Positions 20,414 to 30,599 are shown, counted from the first letter of the stretch. The stretch is DNA of 64,000 bases from Methanothrix sp. (GCA_963682135.1 OY821645.1:1504001-1568000); one strand, 5' to 3'. Notes: generated from the letters alone by a model not told the origin. Made by a program: numbers and translations.

Positions 20414-20498
20414 ATCGCCAAATCAAAGAGCACGCAAACATTATTTGCCATGAAGGTCACATGGTGCGAATTTAGCGTTATGCAAGTGTGGTGAATGC

Positions 20499-21284
20499 TT
20501 GAAATTGATAGTATTCTACAATGGGGAATTTGGCGAGAGGGTGGTGGGCAACCTCATCAACTATTCGGGCTTCTGCATCTCCTGTGCCGATGCCTGCACC
20601 CAGTGTCGCAATGTCCGGCCTGGCTATGCCCAAAACATCGTATCCCTGGTGGAGATGCCCGATCCCGCATCTTTGGGCGACTTCATCGATGACGTGGAGC
20701 CGCTCCTGCCCCAGAATATCCCTGCGGCAGACATCGCCCTGGTGATAAATGTCCATCCCGATATTCTCTTCGGCCTTCTTCCCAAGCTCAAGGAAGCGGG
20801 CGTGAAGGGCATTGTGGGCGGCTCGGAGTCGCCGCGCGATCTTCCCCTGGGGCAGAGAAAGCAACTGGAGGAGAAGGCAGCGGAGCTGGGAATGGAGGCG
20901 GCCTTTGCCAAGCCTTTTTGCGCTCTACGTCCCGATCCGGCCAAGCCGAACATCTACGCCTTTCTAACGGAAGCCGGCATTGGCGATCCCCTAATCGATG
21001 TAACGGTGCAGAGCAGCCGGACGGGAAAGGATCACATCCTGGCAGCCAATGTGCTGCGCAGCGCGCCCTGCGGATCCACCTGGTTTGTGGCCAAGCGCCT
21101 TCTGGGCCTCGAGCCCGACCAGCCCGATATCAGAGAGAGAATCTCCGAGGCGCATCATGCCTACCCCTGCACGGGATCGATGGAGAGGGATATGGAACTT
21201 GGCGACACCGTGCTGCACAAGGGCGGCTACATCATCCGCGATGCTGTGGAGGACGCTTTCAAGAGGGCGAAGAGGCAGGACTGA
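20499..21284 (+). CDS. DUF166-family protein
   Basis: GEFGERVVGNL, KPFCAL, VLRSAPCGSTWFVA, HHAYPCTGSM. Confidence 0.8.
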   Translation: MKLIVFYNGEFGERVVGNLINYSGFCISCADACTQCRNVRPGYAQNIVSLVEMPDPASLGDFIDDVEPLLPQNIPAADIALVINVHPDILFGLLPKLKEAGVKGIVGGSESPRDLPLGQRKQLEEKAAELGMEAAFAKPFCALRPDPAKPNIYAFLTEAGIGDPLIDVTVQSSRTGKDHILAANVLRSAPCGSTWFVAKRLLGLEPDQPDIRERISEAHHAYPCTGSMERDMELGDTVLHKGGYIIRDAVEDAFKRAKRQD

Positions 21285-21372
21285 TTATCCAATATCTTCC
21301 CTCGAAAGCTTTTTGCCGTGAGAGGCCACCTTTCTGTTTATGTTCTCTCCAATTCAGGCCTTTTCTGTTCTC

Positions 21373-21831
21373 ATGATCCCATCCGCCAGTGAAACTCAGT
21401 CAGCCGCATTTTGGCTGGAGAAAGGAAATGAGCTGTGCAATAGCGGGCTGGGGGAAGAAGCGATAAAAGCATACGATCAGGCTCTGGGCATCGATGCCAC
21501 TCTGATTGATGCCTGGAACAACAAGGGCCTTGTTCTGGCCAGCCGGGAACGTTTCATGCTGGCACTGCAATGCTTTGAGGAGGTCCTTAAGCTCTCGCCT
21601 ACGCATAAGCAAGCTATGAGCAATATGGGAATGGTCTTAGCCCAGCAGAAGAAATATCCGGAGGCATTACGTTGTTTTGAGGCAGCCATCGCCGCGGACG
21701 CTTATTTCGCAGGAGCCTGGTACAATATGGCGCTGGTCTTGCAGTGCATGGACCGGGGAAAAGAGGCGATGGCCGCCATGAAGACCGCTGAGACCCTGGA
21801 GGGGAAGGCAGGCGGTTGCTGCAGACGGTGA
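21373..21831 (+). CDS. TPR protein
   Basis: WLEKG...EEAIKAYDQAL...AWNNKG repeats. Confidence 0.85.
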   Translation: MIPSASETQSAAFWLEKGNELCNSGLGEEAIKAYDQALGIDATLIDAWNNKGLVLASRERFMLALQCFEEVLKLSPTHKQAMSNMGMVLAQQKKYPEALRCFEAAIAADAYFAGAWYNMALVLQCMDRGKEAMAAMKTAETLEGKAGGCCRR

Positions 21832-21846
21832 TTTTCTATTTTTTTA

Positions 21847-22584
21847 TTATCGCTCCGGACCATCCCGGCCCGCAGCGGCAATTTTCCAGCGAATTCTCTT
21901 TATCAGACCAAGCAATGTGCGCGCTTCTCTCTGTGTAAGTTCCGCCCGGCCCAGGATGCGGCGCAGCATGAGCAGGGTAAAATCCACTTTGTGTACGGGG
22001 TAATTGACCTCGTCGAGAAGCGATCCGGTCTTTTCTTGCAGCAGAGCCAGACTCTCGCCGCTGGCCATCTCCACTTTACCCCCGTCAGCGTCTTCTGTTT
22101 GGGACAGCTCGTAGAAGAGGACAGCCGCAGAGTGAGAGAGGTTCATGACCGGATACTCGCTGCTCGTCGGAATGGAGACCAGCATATCGCAAAGAGCCAG
22201 CTCTTCTGAATTCAGGCCGCAGTCCTCTCTGCCCAGGAGCAGGGCCACGGTTCCCTCTTTTCCCTTCAGTTTTTCGGCCAGCTCCGCCGGGGTGAAGCAG
22301 GGTACGCGCAGGTGCAGGCGCAGGTGGTGCTGCGCTTCATCCAGCCTCTTTCCCGTGGTGCCCACCACCAGGTTTGCGCCCGCCAGAGCTTCGGGCAGGC
22401 TGGAGTAGGAGCGGGCCATCTGCAGAACGTCCCGGGCGTGCGAAGCCATGGCTGATGCATAGTCCTCGATCTTGCAGGCATTGACCAGCACCAGATCATG
22501 AAAGCCGAAGTTCTTCATGGCTCTCGCTACGGAGCCCACATTGCCCTCGTAAAGGGGTTCTACCAGGACGACGCGCAGGTTCAT
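21847..22584 (-). CDS. trmJ: SPOUT tRNA (C32/U32-2'-O)-methyltransferase TrmJ
   Basis: VVLVEP..GNVGSVARAMKNFG, GREDCGL, MNLSHS. Confidence 0.85.
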   Translation of the reverse strand: MNLRVVLVEPLYEGNVGSVARAMKNFGFHDLVLVNACKIEDYASAMASHARDVLQMARSYSSLPEALAGANLVVGTTGKRLDEAQHHLRLHLRVPCFTPAELAEKLKGKEGTVALLLGREDCGLNSEELALCDMLVSIPTSSEYPVMNLSHSAAVLFYELSQTEDADGGKVEMASGESLALLQEKTGSLLDEVNYPVHKVDFTLLMLRRILGRAELTQREARTLLGLIKRIRWKIAAAGRDGPER

Positions 22585-22680
22585 CAGAAAAATGCTACCT
22601 TTTTTGCAGGGGGTTTCTTATCATCACCGGAATTGCCACCAACCTCTTTTTTTGGCCTCTTCCTGGGCTTGGTGGAAAGC

Positions 22681-23172
22681 TCACTGCATGCCCAAGCGTT
22701 CTTTTATGGTTCTGATATCTGATTGTACCTGTCTAAGAGTCATTGCGTATCCTGGCTGGATGTCTTCCCTCATGCCTTTGATCTCATCCAGCGTCATATC
22801 AGAGGTTTGCCGCACTGCTTTGAGATCATTTCTCATATCCAGGAGTAGAGGAATTGCCTTGTTCAACTGGATTGCTGAGCAAATTTGAGCATAGCTCTCA
22901 GTCTTCATAATATCGCCCTCATAATCCTCAAAAGCAATGCTCGATACCTGGGAATGTTCGGGTTTTTGGGTTTCTACCAGCTTCTTAAAATCCGCAATTG
23001 TTTCTTCATCGCCTTCAACCAGAGCTATTACTTCCGGCTCCTTTTCACCTGTTCTATTACGAGCATGAAAGCCTTTCAGACCCATGTCTATGGCATTGCT
23101 CATCAGGAAGTATCTGTAGCCCACCTCATGGACTTTCGGCCCGGCTATCTTTATCTTCAGCTTCATAGTCAT
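22681..23172 (-). CDS. Acylphosphatase-fold protein with helical C-terminal extension
   Basis: IAGPKVHEVGYR variant of GxVQGVGFR; ARN; VEG. Confidence 0.7.
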   Translation of the reverse strand: MTMKLKIKIAGPKVHEVGYRYFLMSNAIDMGLKGFHARNRTGEKEPEVIALVEGDEETIADFKKLVETQKPEHSQVSSIAFEDYEGDIMKTESYAQICSAIQLNKAIPLLLDMRNDLKAVRQTSDMTLDEIKGMREDIQPGYAMTLRQVQSDIRTIKERLGMQ

Positions 23173-23209
23173 CCATTATGTGAATCGGTAAGCTATTTGG
23201 TTCTTGCTA

Positions 23210-24634
23210 TTATCCCTTTGATACCCCCAGAGGCACCAGCCTGGCTACCTTGGTGGCTATGCCCAGGTTATGCACCACATCCACCACATCACCGGAGGGC
23301 TTGTAGACCTGAGGTGCCTCTTCGGCCAGCATGCCGGGACTGGTGGCCTTGACCACGATGCCGTCTCTGTTCAGAGCGGCTTTCACATTCTGGCCGGTGA
23401 AGAGCTTGAGGGCCTGGCTGCGGCTCATGACCCTGCCCGCGCCGTGGCAGGCGGAACCGAAGGTGAGGTCCAGCGCCCGGTCATTGCCGCAGAGCACGTA
23501 GGAAGAGGTTCCCATGCTGCCCGGTATGAGAACCGGCTGGCCCACATCCCGGTAGGTGTCCGGCACCTCGCTGCGGCTGGGGCCGAAGGCCCGCGTGGCC
23601 CCTTTGCGGTGCACATAAAGCCGCTCGCGTTTGCCGTCCACCTGGTGCTCCTCGATCTTGGCCACATTGTGGGCCACGTCATAGACCAAATCCAGCTTTG
23701 AGCCTGGAAAGTATCTCTCGAAGACCTCGCGCGTCCAGTGGGCGATGATATGCCGGTTGGCCCAGGCGTAATTGGCAGCGCAGACCATGGCCCCGAAGTA
23801 ATTGTCGGCCTCGGGCGAGCCCAGGGGCGCGCAGGCCAGTTGCTTGTCAGCGATATCGATGTTGTACTTCTTCACCGCTTTGGATAGAACCTCCAGATGA
23901 TCGGTGCAGATCTGATGGCCGGCTCCCCGCGAGCCGCAGTGAATCATAACTGTGATCTGGCCCTTGAAAAGGCCGAACTGCTTGGCTTTTGCCTCATCAA
24001 AAATCTCCTCCACCCTCTGAATCTCCAGGAAGTGGTTGCCGCTGCCCAGTGTTCCCAACTGAGGGCGGCCACGCTTTCGTGCCTTCACGCTCACCTGGGC
24101 AGGATCAGCTCCTGGCATATGCCCGCTCTCTTCGCAGTGGGAAAGGTCGGCTTCCTCTCCGTAGCCTTCCTCCACCGCCCATTTCGAGCCGCTCATGAAG
24201 GTCTCGGTGAGCTGCTGGTCGCTAGCATGCAATCGACCCGTGGCTCCCAGGCCGGAGGGTATGGCCTCAAAGAGAGCGTCGATGAGAGTATTGATGCGCG
24301 GCTGCACTGCCTCTGCCTGCAAGTCCGTTCGTAGTAGTCGCACGCCGCAGTTGATATCAAAGCCCACTCCCCCCGGGCTGATGATGCCGCCCTCCTCTCG
24401 AAAGGCAGCCACGCCGCCGATGGGAAAGCCGTAGCCCAGGTGGGCATCGGGCATGGCCATGGAGTACTTGACAATGCCGGGCAGGCCGGCAACGTTGGCC
24501 ACCTGATCTACTGTTCCCGGCTCCACCATATCCCGAAGCACTGCGGAGACAAAAATTCTCCCAGGAACGCGCATGCCGGGTCGGTAGCCGATGGGCACCT
24601 CGTAAATGTTATCGTTGATCTTGCTAATTTCCAT
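23210..24634 (-). CDS. rtcB: tRNA-splicing ligase RtcB
   Basis: MPDAHLGYGFPIGG, GFDINCG, GSGNHFLE, HCGSRG, HRKGAT, HGAGR; start taken at MEISK. Confidence 0.97.
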   Translation of the reverse strand: MEISKINDNIYEVPIGYRPGMRVPGRIFVSAVLRDMVEPGTVDQVANVAGLPGIVKYSMAMPDAHLGYGFPIGGVAAFREEGGIISPGGVGFDINCGVRLLRTDLQAEAVQPRINTLIDALFEAIPSGLGATGRLHASDQQLTETFMSGSKWAVEEGYGEEADLSHCEESGHMPGADPAQVSVKARKRGRPQLGTLGSGNHFLEIQRVEEIFDEAKAKQFGLFKGQITVMIHCGSRGAGHQICTDHLEVLSKAVKKYNIDIADKQLACAPLGSPEADNYFGAMVCAANYAWANRHIIAHWTREVFERYFPGSKLDLVYDVAHNVAKIEEHQVDGKRERLYVHRKGATRAFGPSRSEVPDTYRDVGQPVLIPGSMGTSSYVLCGNDRALDLTFGSACHGAGRVMSRSQALKLFTGQNVKAALNRDGIVVKATSPGMLAEEAPQVYKPSGDVVDVVHNLGIATKVARLVPLGVSKG

Positions 24635-24636
24635 AA

Positions 24637-25062
24637 TCACACGTCCAAAATAACCTGAATGCACCACACATCATTTTTCTTGATGCAAAACTTGTGCCGG
24701 GTGATGGCCTTGACCTCATTTGCGAAGGCGTGTCTCTTAAGATCAATCCTCTCACCGCCAATCTCTGCCTGAAGCTTCCAGGATTTCGTCACATCCTGCT
24801 CCAGTTTCACGGAAAAGGTGGAAAAGACTGCCGACTCCGTCTCAAAGAGAAAGACGATCTCAGAGAGCCATTGGTAGGCCAGATCCTCCAGATCATCGGC
24901 TTGCAGCTCTGTCTTCCAGGTCTCTTTAGCGGCGACCGTAGCCGGCTCCACCATGGATTTGAAGAGGGCAGCAGCGGCGTTGCAGAGCATCTCCTCCGGC
25001 GTCTTTCCGTAGGCTCGAAACTTTATGTCGGCAGTATGCTCCAGGTACTCAAAGGGAATCAT
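24637..25062 (-). CDS. Archease (RtcB cofactor)
   Basis: FEYLEHTADI, EVKAITRH, ILDV; directly upstream of rtcB. Confidence 0.95.
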   Translation of the reverse strand: MIPFEYLEHTADIKFRAYGKTPEEMLCNAAAALFKSMVEPATVAAKETWKTELQADDLEDLAYQWLSEIVFLFETESAVFSTFSVKLEQDVTKSWKLQAEIGGERIDLKRHAFANEVKAITRHKFCIKKNDVWCIQVILDV

Positions 25063-25106
25063 CTGATCAAATATTGGTGCTCCCAGGCATTAAAGCATTG
25101 CCAATT

Positions 25107-25302
25107 GGTGCCTGAGCCATTGCGGCCCGCCAGGGGCGCCTCTTCGCAAAAGTGCGGAGCGAAGCCGGCCACGAGCCACGCGGGCCTGCCGCCCACTGCT
25201 GCAGAAACCATGCTCGTCGGAAAGACGGTTAGCCCCACAGCAGCGGGGGCAGATCTCGCAGGCCTCCAGGCGAGCCAGGGCGGCGCGGGCGCGGTCTTGC
25301 AG
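25107..25302 (-). pseudogene. N-terminal fragment of a PflX-like radical-SAM gene, frameshifted
   Basis: Reads LQDRARAALARLEACEICPRCCGANRLSDEHGFCSSGRQARVA / GFAPHFCEEAPLAGRNGSGT; a 7-nt duplication at 25168-25181 breaks the frame; no CxxxCxxC follows. Confidence 0.75.
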
Positions 25303-25407
25303 AACTTCCTTCAGCTAATAATCTATCCCAATCGATTGTGCCAGATGGTCTTTGAGAGAATTGATATATTCAGAGCACCATGTACTTTGTAAGAACAAAT
25401 ACCGAAG

Positions 25408-25977
25408 GTGACAGGAATGAAAAGCCAGACCAAGTCTCTTTCAACAGGAATTATATTTTGTTTTTTATGCTTATCTTGCGTGAGCATTTGCATAGCCCAG
25501 GATTTCCCCCTGGAGAGTGGAGCCGCAGATTGCGCCGATCTGGTCACAGCTGGCCAGAACGATGTGGCATTTGGCTGCTTCGGGCGGGCAATCGAGGCGG
25601 ACCCAAGCTCAGCCTTTGACTGGGCCGGCCAGGGCGACGTCATGAATAATGTTGGATTTTATTATCAGGCACTGGTATATTACGAGATGGCGTTGAATCT
25701 CAAGCCGGACTCTTCAAATATACTAACGAGCAAAGGCAGAACTCTTACCCGTCTGGGCAAATATGATGAAGCATTGGATATCTTCGCTCAGGCGTTGGAC
25801 CTGAGTCCTGATAATACATATACCTGGGAGAGCATAGGTGATGTTTACTCAGAGCAGGGTGATACCGAGAAGGCTGATGCTGCGTACGCCAGAGGAAAAC
25901 CTGCAACGACGACAAAACCTGCACCACAACGCAAGACGGTTGACGACTACCTTGCCAGCAGCAAAGAGGGTATTTAA
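25408..25977 (+). CDS. Secreted TPR protein
   Basis: Hydrophobic N-terminus; TPR repeats (KGRTLTRLGKYDEALDIFAQALDLSP). Confidence 0.8.
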   Translation: MTGMKSQTKSLSTGIIFCFLCLSCVSICIAQDFPLESGAADCADLVTAGQNDVAFGCFGRAIEADPSSAFDWAGQGDVMNNVGFYYQALVYYEMALNLKPDSSNILTSKGRTLTRLGKYDEALDIFAQALDLSPDNTYTWESIGDVYSEQGDTEKADAAYARGKPATTTKPAPQRKTVDDYLASSKEGI

Positions 25978-26013
25978 TCCGCTTAAATCAAGAAAATTAG
26001 GCGAAGATCAGGT

Positions 26014-27516
26014 TCACAAGAACCTGATCCCTTTTGGCATTTCTCCAATACGTTTTCTAAATTCTTCCGGCCAGTTGGCGCTGTCCAGTCCCTTTTGGCT
26101 TAAGAATGCCGAGGCCCAGCGCTCCAGGCCCACGCCGCTGCATCCCGACCAAAGGGCTTCGCCGGACTGAGACTTTACGGTGAAGCCCTTGGGATACTTC
26201 TCTCCGTTCACAGACAGATTTTGAAACTCAATCCAGTTGCCGTTGTAGGGCAGCACTGCCTCATAGTCCACAGTTCCTGCCCCGGACATCTCGGCGAGAC
26301 CCGTCTTTCCTTCCTGGGCCATGAACCAGGGCGTGACCCAGGCCGTCCTCCAGTGCAGCTCCAGGATATCTTCGAAGATGTGCTTGTAGCAGGCCTTCAG
26401 CTTCTCTGCTTCCGCTAGGACCTGTTCCTTGCTGCCCAGCCAAACGATCTCTATCCTGTGGAACTCATCCACCCGCTCGATGCCGTGAATGCCGCCGGAC
26501 TCGTAGCGGTGAGAGGTGCCGGAGCGGTCAAAGACCGTGATGGGCAACTCCTCGCGAGGGAGTGTCATGCCCTGCAAAAATCCCCAGAAGGTAGGGCACT
26601 GGGCATAGCACATGCCTCCTATGGGCAGGTCGATCTTTTCTTTGACTAACTCAAGGGGCACCTCATGGGTGACCTTGTAGTAGTCCATGACCTCTTCCCA
26701 GAAGGCCGGGTCGCGAGTCTTGGGTGGGCAGACGAAGTAGATCTCCGGGTAAACGCCCTGGGCGTGGCCGCTCTTCTTCCATACATCCCATGTGTCAAGC
26801 TTGGGAAAGATCATCTCGCGATAGCGCAGCGGTCCTATGATCTCTTCCAGCACGATTTTCTCGAAGGTGCGAAATACGTGTGTCGCCTCGGGCCCGTAGA
26901 TCCATTGGCCGCGACTTGAACCGTGCTTGATCCAGCCCGCTTTTTGCATCTCTTCTGTGGGATCGGAAGTGAACTTGGGCGGGCGCGCAGAGCTCTCCCA
27001 GAGCAGCTCCCAGTGCTCGGTCTTACCACCATAGCCGCTTTGCATTTTCTCTTCCAGAAGGCTGATTATCCTATCTGGTATGCGGTTTTCCATCTCCGAC
27101 TGGCCCAACGTCCCATTGGGTCCTACGTCCAGAAATAGCAGCAGCCAGCCATCTTCAAATTTTATATCTCGAACATAGGGTATCTTGTGAGTGATGGCCC
27201 TCTGTGACTCGACCGCGATCTCAAATTTGCTGATATCCATGCCGCGCACGCCGATGCGAAATTCTTTCCCCAAAAGCTCAGAAAGCGGCCGGCGCAGCCT
27301 GAGCAGCGCATCATGGGCTCGTACAAACCTGTCGCTATCAATGACCAGATCGATCTTGCTACCAGCCAGCTTCCACGCAGCAATCTTGGCGCCCTGACCT
27401 AAAGGCGCGCCTTTCTGCAATATGGGCCCGGCGCTCTCAAAGAAGTCAGAAATGGCCGCCTCGGCCTTATCCGCGTCCGCGCTAAGTCGGAAGCTTGCCT
27501 CTAAATGGAATTTCAT
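26014..27516 (-). CDS. serS: Serine--tRNA ligase, methanogen type
   Basis: [45 protein letters not shown]; start MKFHLEAS. Confidence 0.95.
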   Translation of the reverse strand: MKFHLEASFRLSADADKAEAAISDFFESAGPILQKGAPLGQGAKIAAWKLAGSKIDLVIDSDRFVRAHDALLRLRRPLSELLGKEFRIGVRGMDISKFEIAVESQRAITHKIPYVRDIKFEDGWLLLFLDVGPNGTLGQSEMENRIPDRIISLLEEKMQSGYGGKTEHWELLWESSARPPKFTSDPTEEMQKAGWIKHGSSRGQWIYGPEATHVFRTFEKIVLEEIIGPLRYREMIFPKLDTWDVWKKSGHAQGVYPEIYFVCPPKTRDPAFWEEVMDYYKVTHEVPLELVKEKIDLPIGGMCYAQCPTFWGFLQGMTLPREELPITVFDRSGTSHRYESGGIHGIERVDEFHRIEIVWLGSKEQVLAEAEKLKACYKHIFEDILELHWRTAWVTPWFMAQEGKTGLAEMSGAGTVDYEAVLPYNGNWIEFQNLSVNGEKYPKGFTVKSQSGEALWSGCSGVGLERWASAFLSQKGLDSANWPEEFRKRIGEMPKGIRFL

Positions 27517-27734
27517 CTCTCCTCCGTGCAAGATTGTGTTTCTTCCGCTATTTTAATGTTCATCAGTAGATCGTCAACTGTGGAGAGCAGAGTACCTATC
27601 TTCTCGGTGGAGAATTGCAGGCTGAAACGGTCGGCATCTATTACAAGACTCATATTGGGCAGGTTATCGGGTTGTACTGCTTTAGCCACAGTCTCTGCTT
27701 GTTCTCCCCAAAAAGTCAGACTGGCTATTGTCAC
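27513..27734 (-). CDS. pcc1: KEOPS complex subunit Pcc1
   Basis: AVQPDN...[17 protein letters not shown]; conserved position between the DHH gene and serS. Confidence 0.85.
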   Translation of the reverse strand: MTIASLTFWGEQAETVAKAVQPDNLPNMSLVIDADRFSLQFSTEKIGTLLSTVDDLLMNIKIAEETQSCTEER

Positions 27735-29050
27735 GACGCATCCTCTACCGCGGGCGCACCTTCTGCGGCCTTATGAAGTTGCCCTCCCACGATATCGTCT
27801 AAAATGACCAGGAACCGATCCTCAGTGCCCGGTGGGATGGAAGCGCCACTGGCGATAGTATGCCCCCCGCCCACTCCGCCGACTGCCCTGGCCGCTTCTC
27901 TCAGAGCAATGGATAAGTCAATGCCCCGGGAGATGAGCGGCTTGGTTGCGCGTGCCGATATCTTGACCATATCATCTTTATGATTCAGGGTGACAAGCGG
28001 CAGATCGGCATATAGATACCGGATCCCCAGTCCCGACACAATCGCGCCTGCCTCCATATTCACCATCTTGAGGTAGCGAATGTTCTTGAGCACCTGATTT
28101 TGTTCTCGCAGCATGCCAATCTCTCTTCGGATATGGCCTTTGTATTCCTGGGCCAGGCTTCTGGCCTGCTCAAGTGCACCCGGATCGCGCAGGCACAGTG
28201 TCAAGCCTAATCCCGGAACGTCTCTGTTGCCGCATGCGTTGAGCAGTTCTACCATCTCCAGAGAGTTTTCCACCAATTCGTGCTTGAGGCGGATAGCCTC
28301 TCCTATAATTGAATCTGCGGCAAAGCTTCCTTGCATAAGTAATTTCAAAGTTATGGCAGTGCATAATTTTGCCAGGTCGCCACCAGCCAGGCTCTCTACA
28401 TTGCCCTTAATCTTCAAATCATCTAAAAATTGGCGGGTTTTTTCCGTGTCTCCGGTAAAGTCCAAGAGCGGCTCTATGCTGCTCTGGAAGACTTCTTCGA
28501 CAGAACCGTCATCCGACATCTTCAGACCGGCTTTTAGCTCAACGGCCCCGCAAGCGATGGCCTCTTCCAGAATAGCCTTGTTCGCGCCGATCATGTTCTG
28601 CCGGTCGCCCATTGCACCCACCAGTGCCAGGCCGGATAGATCAGCGTTCTCGCCCATTTGACGCACCACGGAATAGACCGTGCCCGCGGCAGAGAGCTCA
28701 AAGGCCCCATCTATGCCGAAGAGATGGGGATTGAGGTGCATACAGTCCAATTTGCCGACGGGCCGATGATGGTCAAGGACAAAGCACTCATCTTCGATGC
28801 GAGAGATTAGCTCTGGTTTGCCGCTGCCCATATCGCAAAATACCACCGGCCCCTCCAGCTCGGCAAGCACGGACTCGTCCAGCCGATTTAGCAGGGTGGC
28901 CTGAAAAGGTATCCCTGCGCGAAGGAGGGCACTACAGATCAGCCCTGCGGAAGTGATCCCGTCCGCGTCGTTATGCGAGATCACACGCATGCTGTCGCAT
29001 TGCATTATCGACCTGGCAATAGCCCCTGCGGCTTTGTCCAGCCGCTTCAT
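27731..29050 (-). CDS. DHH-family phosphoesterase (RecJ-like, DHHA1)
   Basis: HNDADG, DMGSG, LDHH, GGGHTIASG. Confidence 0.9.
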   Translation of the reverse strand: MKRLDKAAGAIARSIMQCDSMRVISHNDADGITSAGLICSALLRAGIPFQATLLNRLDESVLAELEGPVVFCDMGSGKPELISRIEDECFVLDHHRPVGKLDCMHLNPHLFGIDGAFELSAAGTVYSVVRQMGENADLSGLALVGAMGDRQNMIGANKAILEEAIACGAVELKAGLKMSDDGSVEEVFQSSIEPLLDFTGDTEKTRQFLDDLKIKGNVESLAGGDLAKLCTAITLKLLMQGSFAADSIIGEAIRLKHELVENSLEMVELLNACGNRDVPGLGLTLCLRDPGALEQARSLAQEYKGHIRREIGMLREQNQVLKNIRYLKMVNMEAGAIVSGLGIRYLYADLPLVTLNHKDDMVKISARATKPLISRGIDLSIALREAARAVGGVGGGHTIASGASIPPGTEDRFLVILDDIVGGQLHKAAEGAPAVEDAS

Positions 29051-29502
29051 GAGATGAGAATCTCGGCCGTCTCAGGCGAGTAAGTCCAATCCGGTGCCAA
29101 TCTGCCGGAGTCATGATAGTATTTTACCAATCTGCGGACCTTGTTCTCTGTAAGATGCAATGATCTCTTGTTGTGAATGTCTTTCTTGTTAGCCTTGATA
29201 TGTTTGCGCACGTGCAGAGCTTTTCTCATCAGATTGGTGAGATCCTCCGGTATATCTGGCAGGGCTTTGTTCTCCTTTAAAAAGCCGGTTATATTCTTGC
29301 CCAAAAGCAGCTTGGTGCTGGGCACTCCGTATTGATCTCGCAAGGTGAGGCCAATGCGGCTGGGGGCCATTCCACTCTCGTGCAGCTTCATGATTGTCTT
29401 TTCTAACTCCTCTTTGGATACATCAGACCATGCGGGTACTTTTGCTGCCGCGGGTGGTCTGGATCGGGAGGAGCCCTTTTTTCTGCTGTGCATTTTAGCC
29501 AT
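29047..29502 (-). CDS. rps15: 30S ribosomal protein S15 (uS15)
   Basis: MAKMHSRKKGSSRS...IGLTLRDQYG...PEDL...KVRRLVKYY. Confidence 0.97.
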   Translation of the reverse strand: MAKMHSRKKGSSRSRPPAAAKVPAWSDVSKEELEKTIMKLHESGMAPSRIGLTLRDQYGVPSTKLLLGKNITGFLKENKALPDIPEDLTNLMRKALHVRKHIKANKKDIHNKRSLHLTENKVRRLVKYYHDSGRLAPDWTYSPETAEILIS

Positions 29503-29545
29503 CTTAATAGTCCTCATTAAATTTCATAAAGGCGAAGGTGTAAAT

Positions 29546-29592
29546 GCTCACTGCCAGGAGGGATAAAAAACTTGCGCCGCCCGGCAGGTAGC
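29546..29592 (-). promoter_or_regulatory. Hairpin in the rps15 5' leader (candidate S15 r-leader)
   Basis: On the minus strand gctacctgccggg pairs with cctggcagtgagc; TATA-like CTTATAAA at about 29617-29610. Confidence 0.4.
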
Positions 29593-29642
29593 TGACTGTA
29601 GGTAACAGATTTATAAGCATTAGGGTTTTCAAGACCATTGTC

Positions 29643-30314
29643 ATGTTCCCTGAGTATATAAACCAGCTATTTTATCTGGTAGGCGAAGTCGTGGTACTTT
29701 TAGTCGTATTGATCTTGATAATGTCGATAATTGTATCTATGCTCGTTCTCTATTCCTTTAAGACAGGTAACTTCTTCGCGGCCCGGTACATGCTTTTAGG
29801 TATTGTTCTTCTCGAAAATGTAATAACGGCTCTCTTCTGGATTTCCCGCGCCGATGATTCCATAATAGATGATGTGGGTGTGCGGCTTCGCAATTACATA
29901 AACAACAAGGAGTTTTTGAAGGTTCCTTTTTCTAAGCGGTTCATCTTCATGCCCCAATGCGTTCGCAGCACACAGTGCCCAGCTAAGCTCACGCCGGAGG
30001 GCATAAAGTGCGTGAACTGCGGGCGCTGCAGTGTTGGTGAAGCCAAGAAATATGCAGAGGGCCTAGGTTACCGTTTCTTCATAGTGCCCGGCTCCAGCTT
30101 TATAAAGAGAATAATCAAGACGTATCAGCCGCAAGCTATTGTCGGCGTTGGATGCCATATGGAGATAAAAGAGGGCCTCGATCTCTGCCACCGCTATGGC
30201 ATACCGGCGCGAGGAGTGCAGCTCTTGAAGGCGGGCTGCGTGGCCACGACATTGGACTGGGAGCAGTTCTACGAGACCATAAATGAAAATGGACCGCAGA
30301 TAAAAAATACTTAA
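29643..30314 (+). CDS. DUF116 family membrane-anchored Cys-rich protein
   Basis: PQCVRS..CPA, CVNCGRC, IVPGSS, GVGC. Confidence 0.85.
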   Translation: MFPEYINQLFYLVGEVVVLLVVLILIMSIIVSMLVLYSFKTGNFFAARYMLLGIVLLENVITALFWISRADDSIIDDVGVRLRNYINNKEFLKVPFSKRFIFMPQCVRSTQCPAKLTPEGIKCVNCGRCSVGEAKKYAEGLGYRFFIVPGSSFIKRIIKTYQPQAIVGVGCHMEIKEGLDLCHRYGIPARGVQLLKAGCVATTLDWEQFYETINENGPQIKNT

Positions 30315-30338
30315 AAAAATGTACTAAAGTGCTGTAAT

Positions 30339-30515
30339 TTATTCCATGCTGATGGCTTCGGATGGGCAAGCCTCAACACATGTCTTGCACTCAGTGCACT
30401 TTTCCTTATTTACGACTGCTATTTCTTCGTCGTCCAGGGTGATGGCCTCTTCCGGGCACTCCTCTACGCAAGTTCCACAGCTTACGCATTCTTCTCTGTT
30501 AACAACTGCAGGCAT
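30339..30515 (-). CDS. 2[4Fe-4S] ferredoxin (58 aa; below the ORF-track cutoff)
   Basis: [58 protein letters not shown]; GGAG RBS. Confidence 0.95.
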   Translation of the reverse strand: MPAVVNREECVSCGTCVEECPEEAITLDDEEIAVVNKEKCTECKTCVEACPSEAISME

Positions 30516-30599
30516 TAATAGACTCCTCCAATTTGCCTCACTAGGGCAAATCCACCTGTAAGTATATCTGATATATACCTTTCGTTTGCTTATGTCTGC

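Noticed and set aside
20499-21284. Second thymidylate synthase (DUF166 proteins are sometimes labelled so)
   Set aside because: No ThyA (PC, RSxD) or ThyX (RHR) motifs
25090-25310. GC-rich intergenic stretch as RNase P or SRP RNA
   Set aside because: It lacks the RNase P GAGGAAAGUCC and SRP helix-8 motifs and is explained by the PflX coding relic on the minus strand
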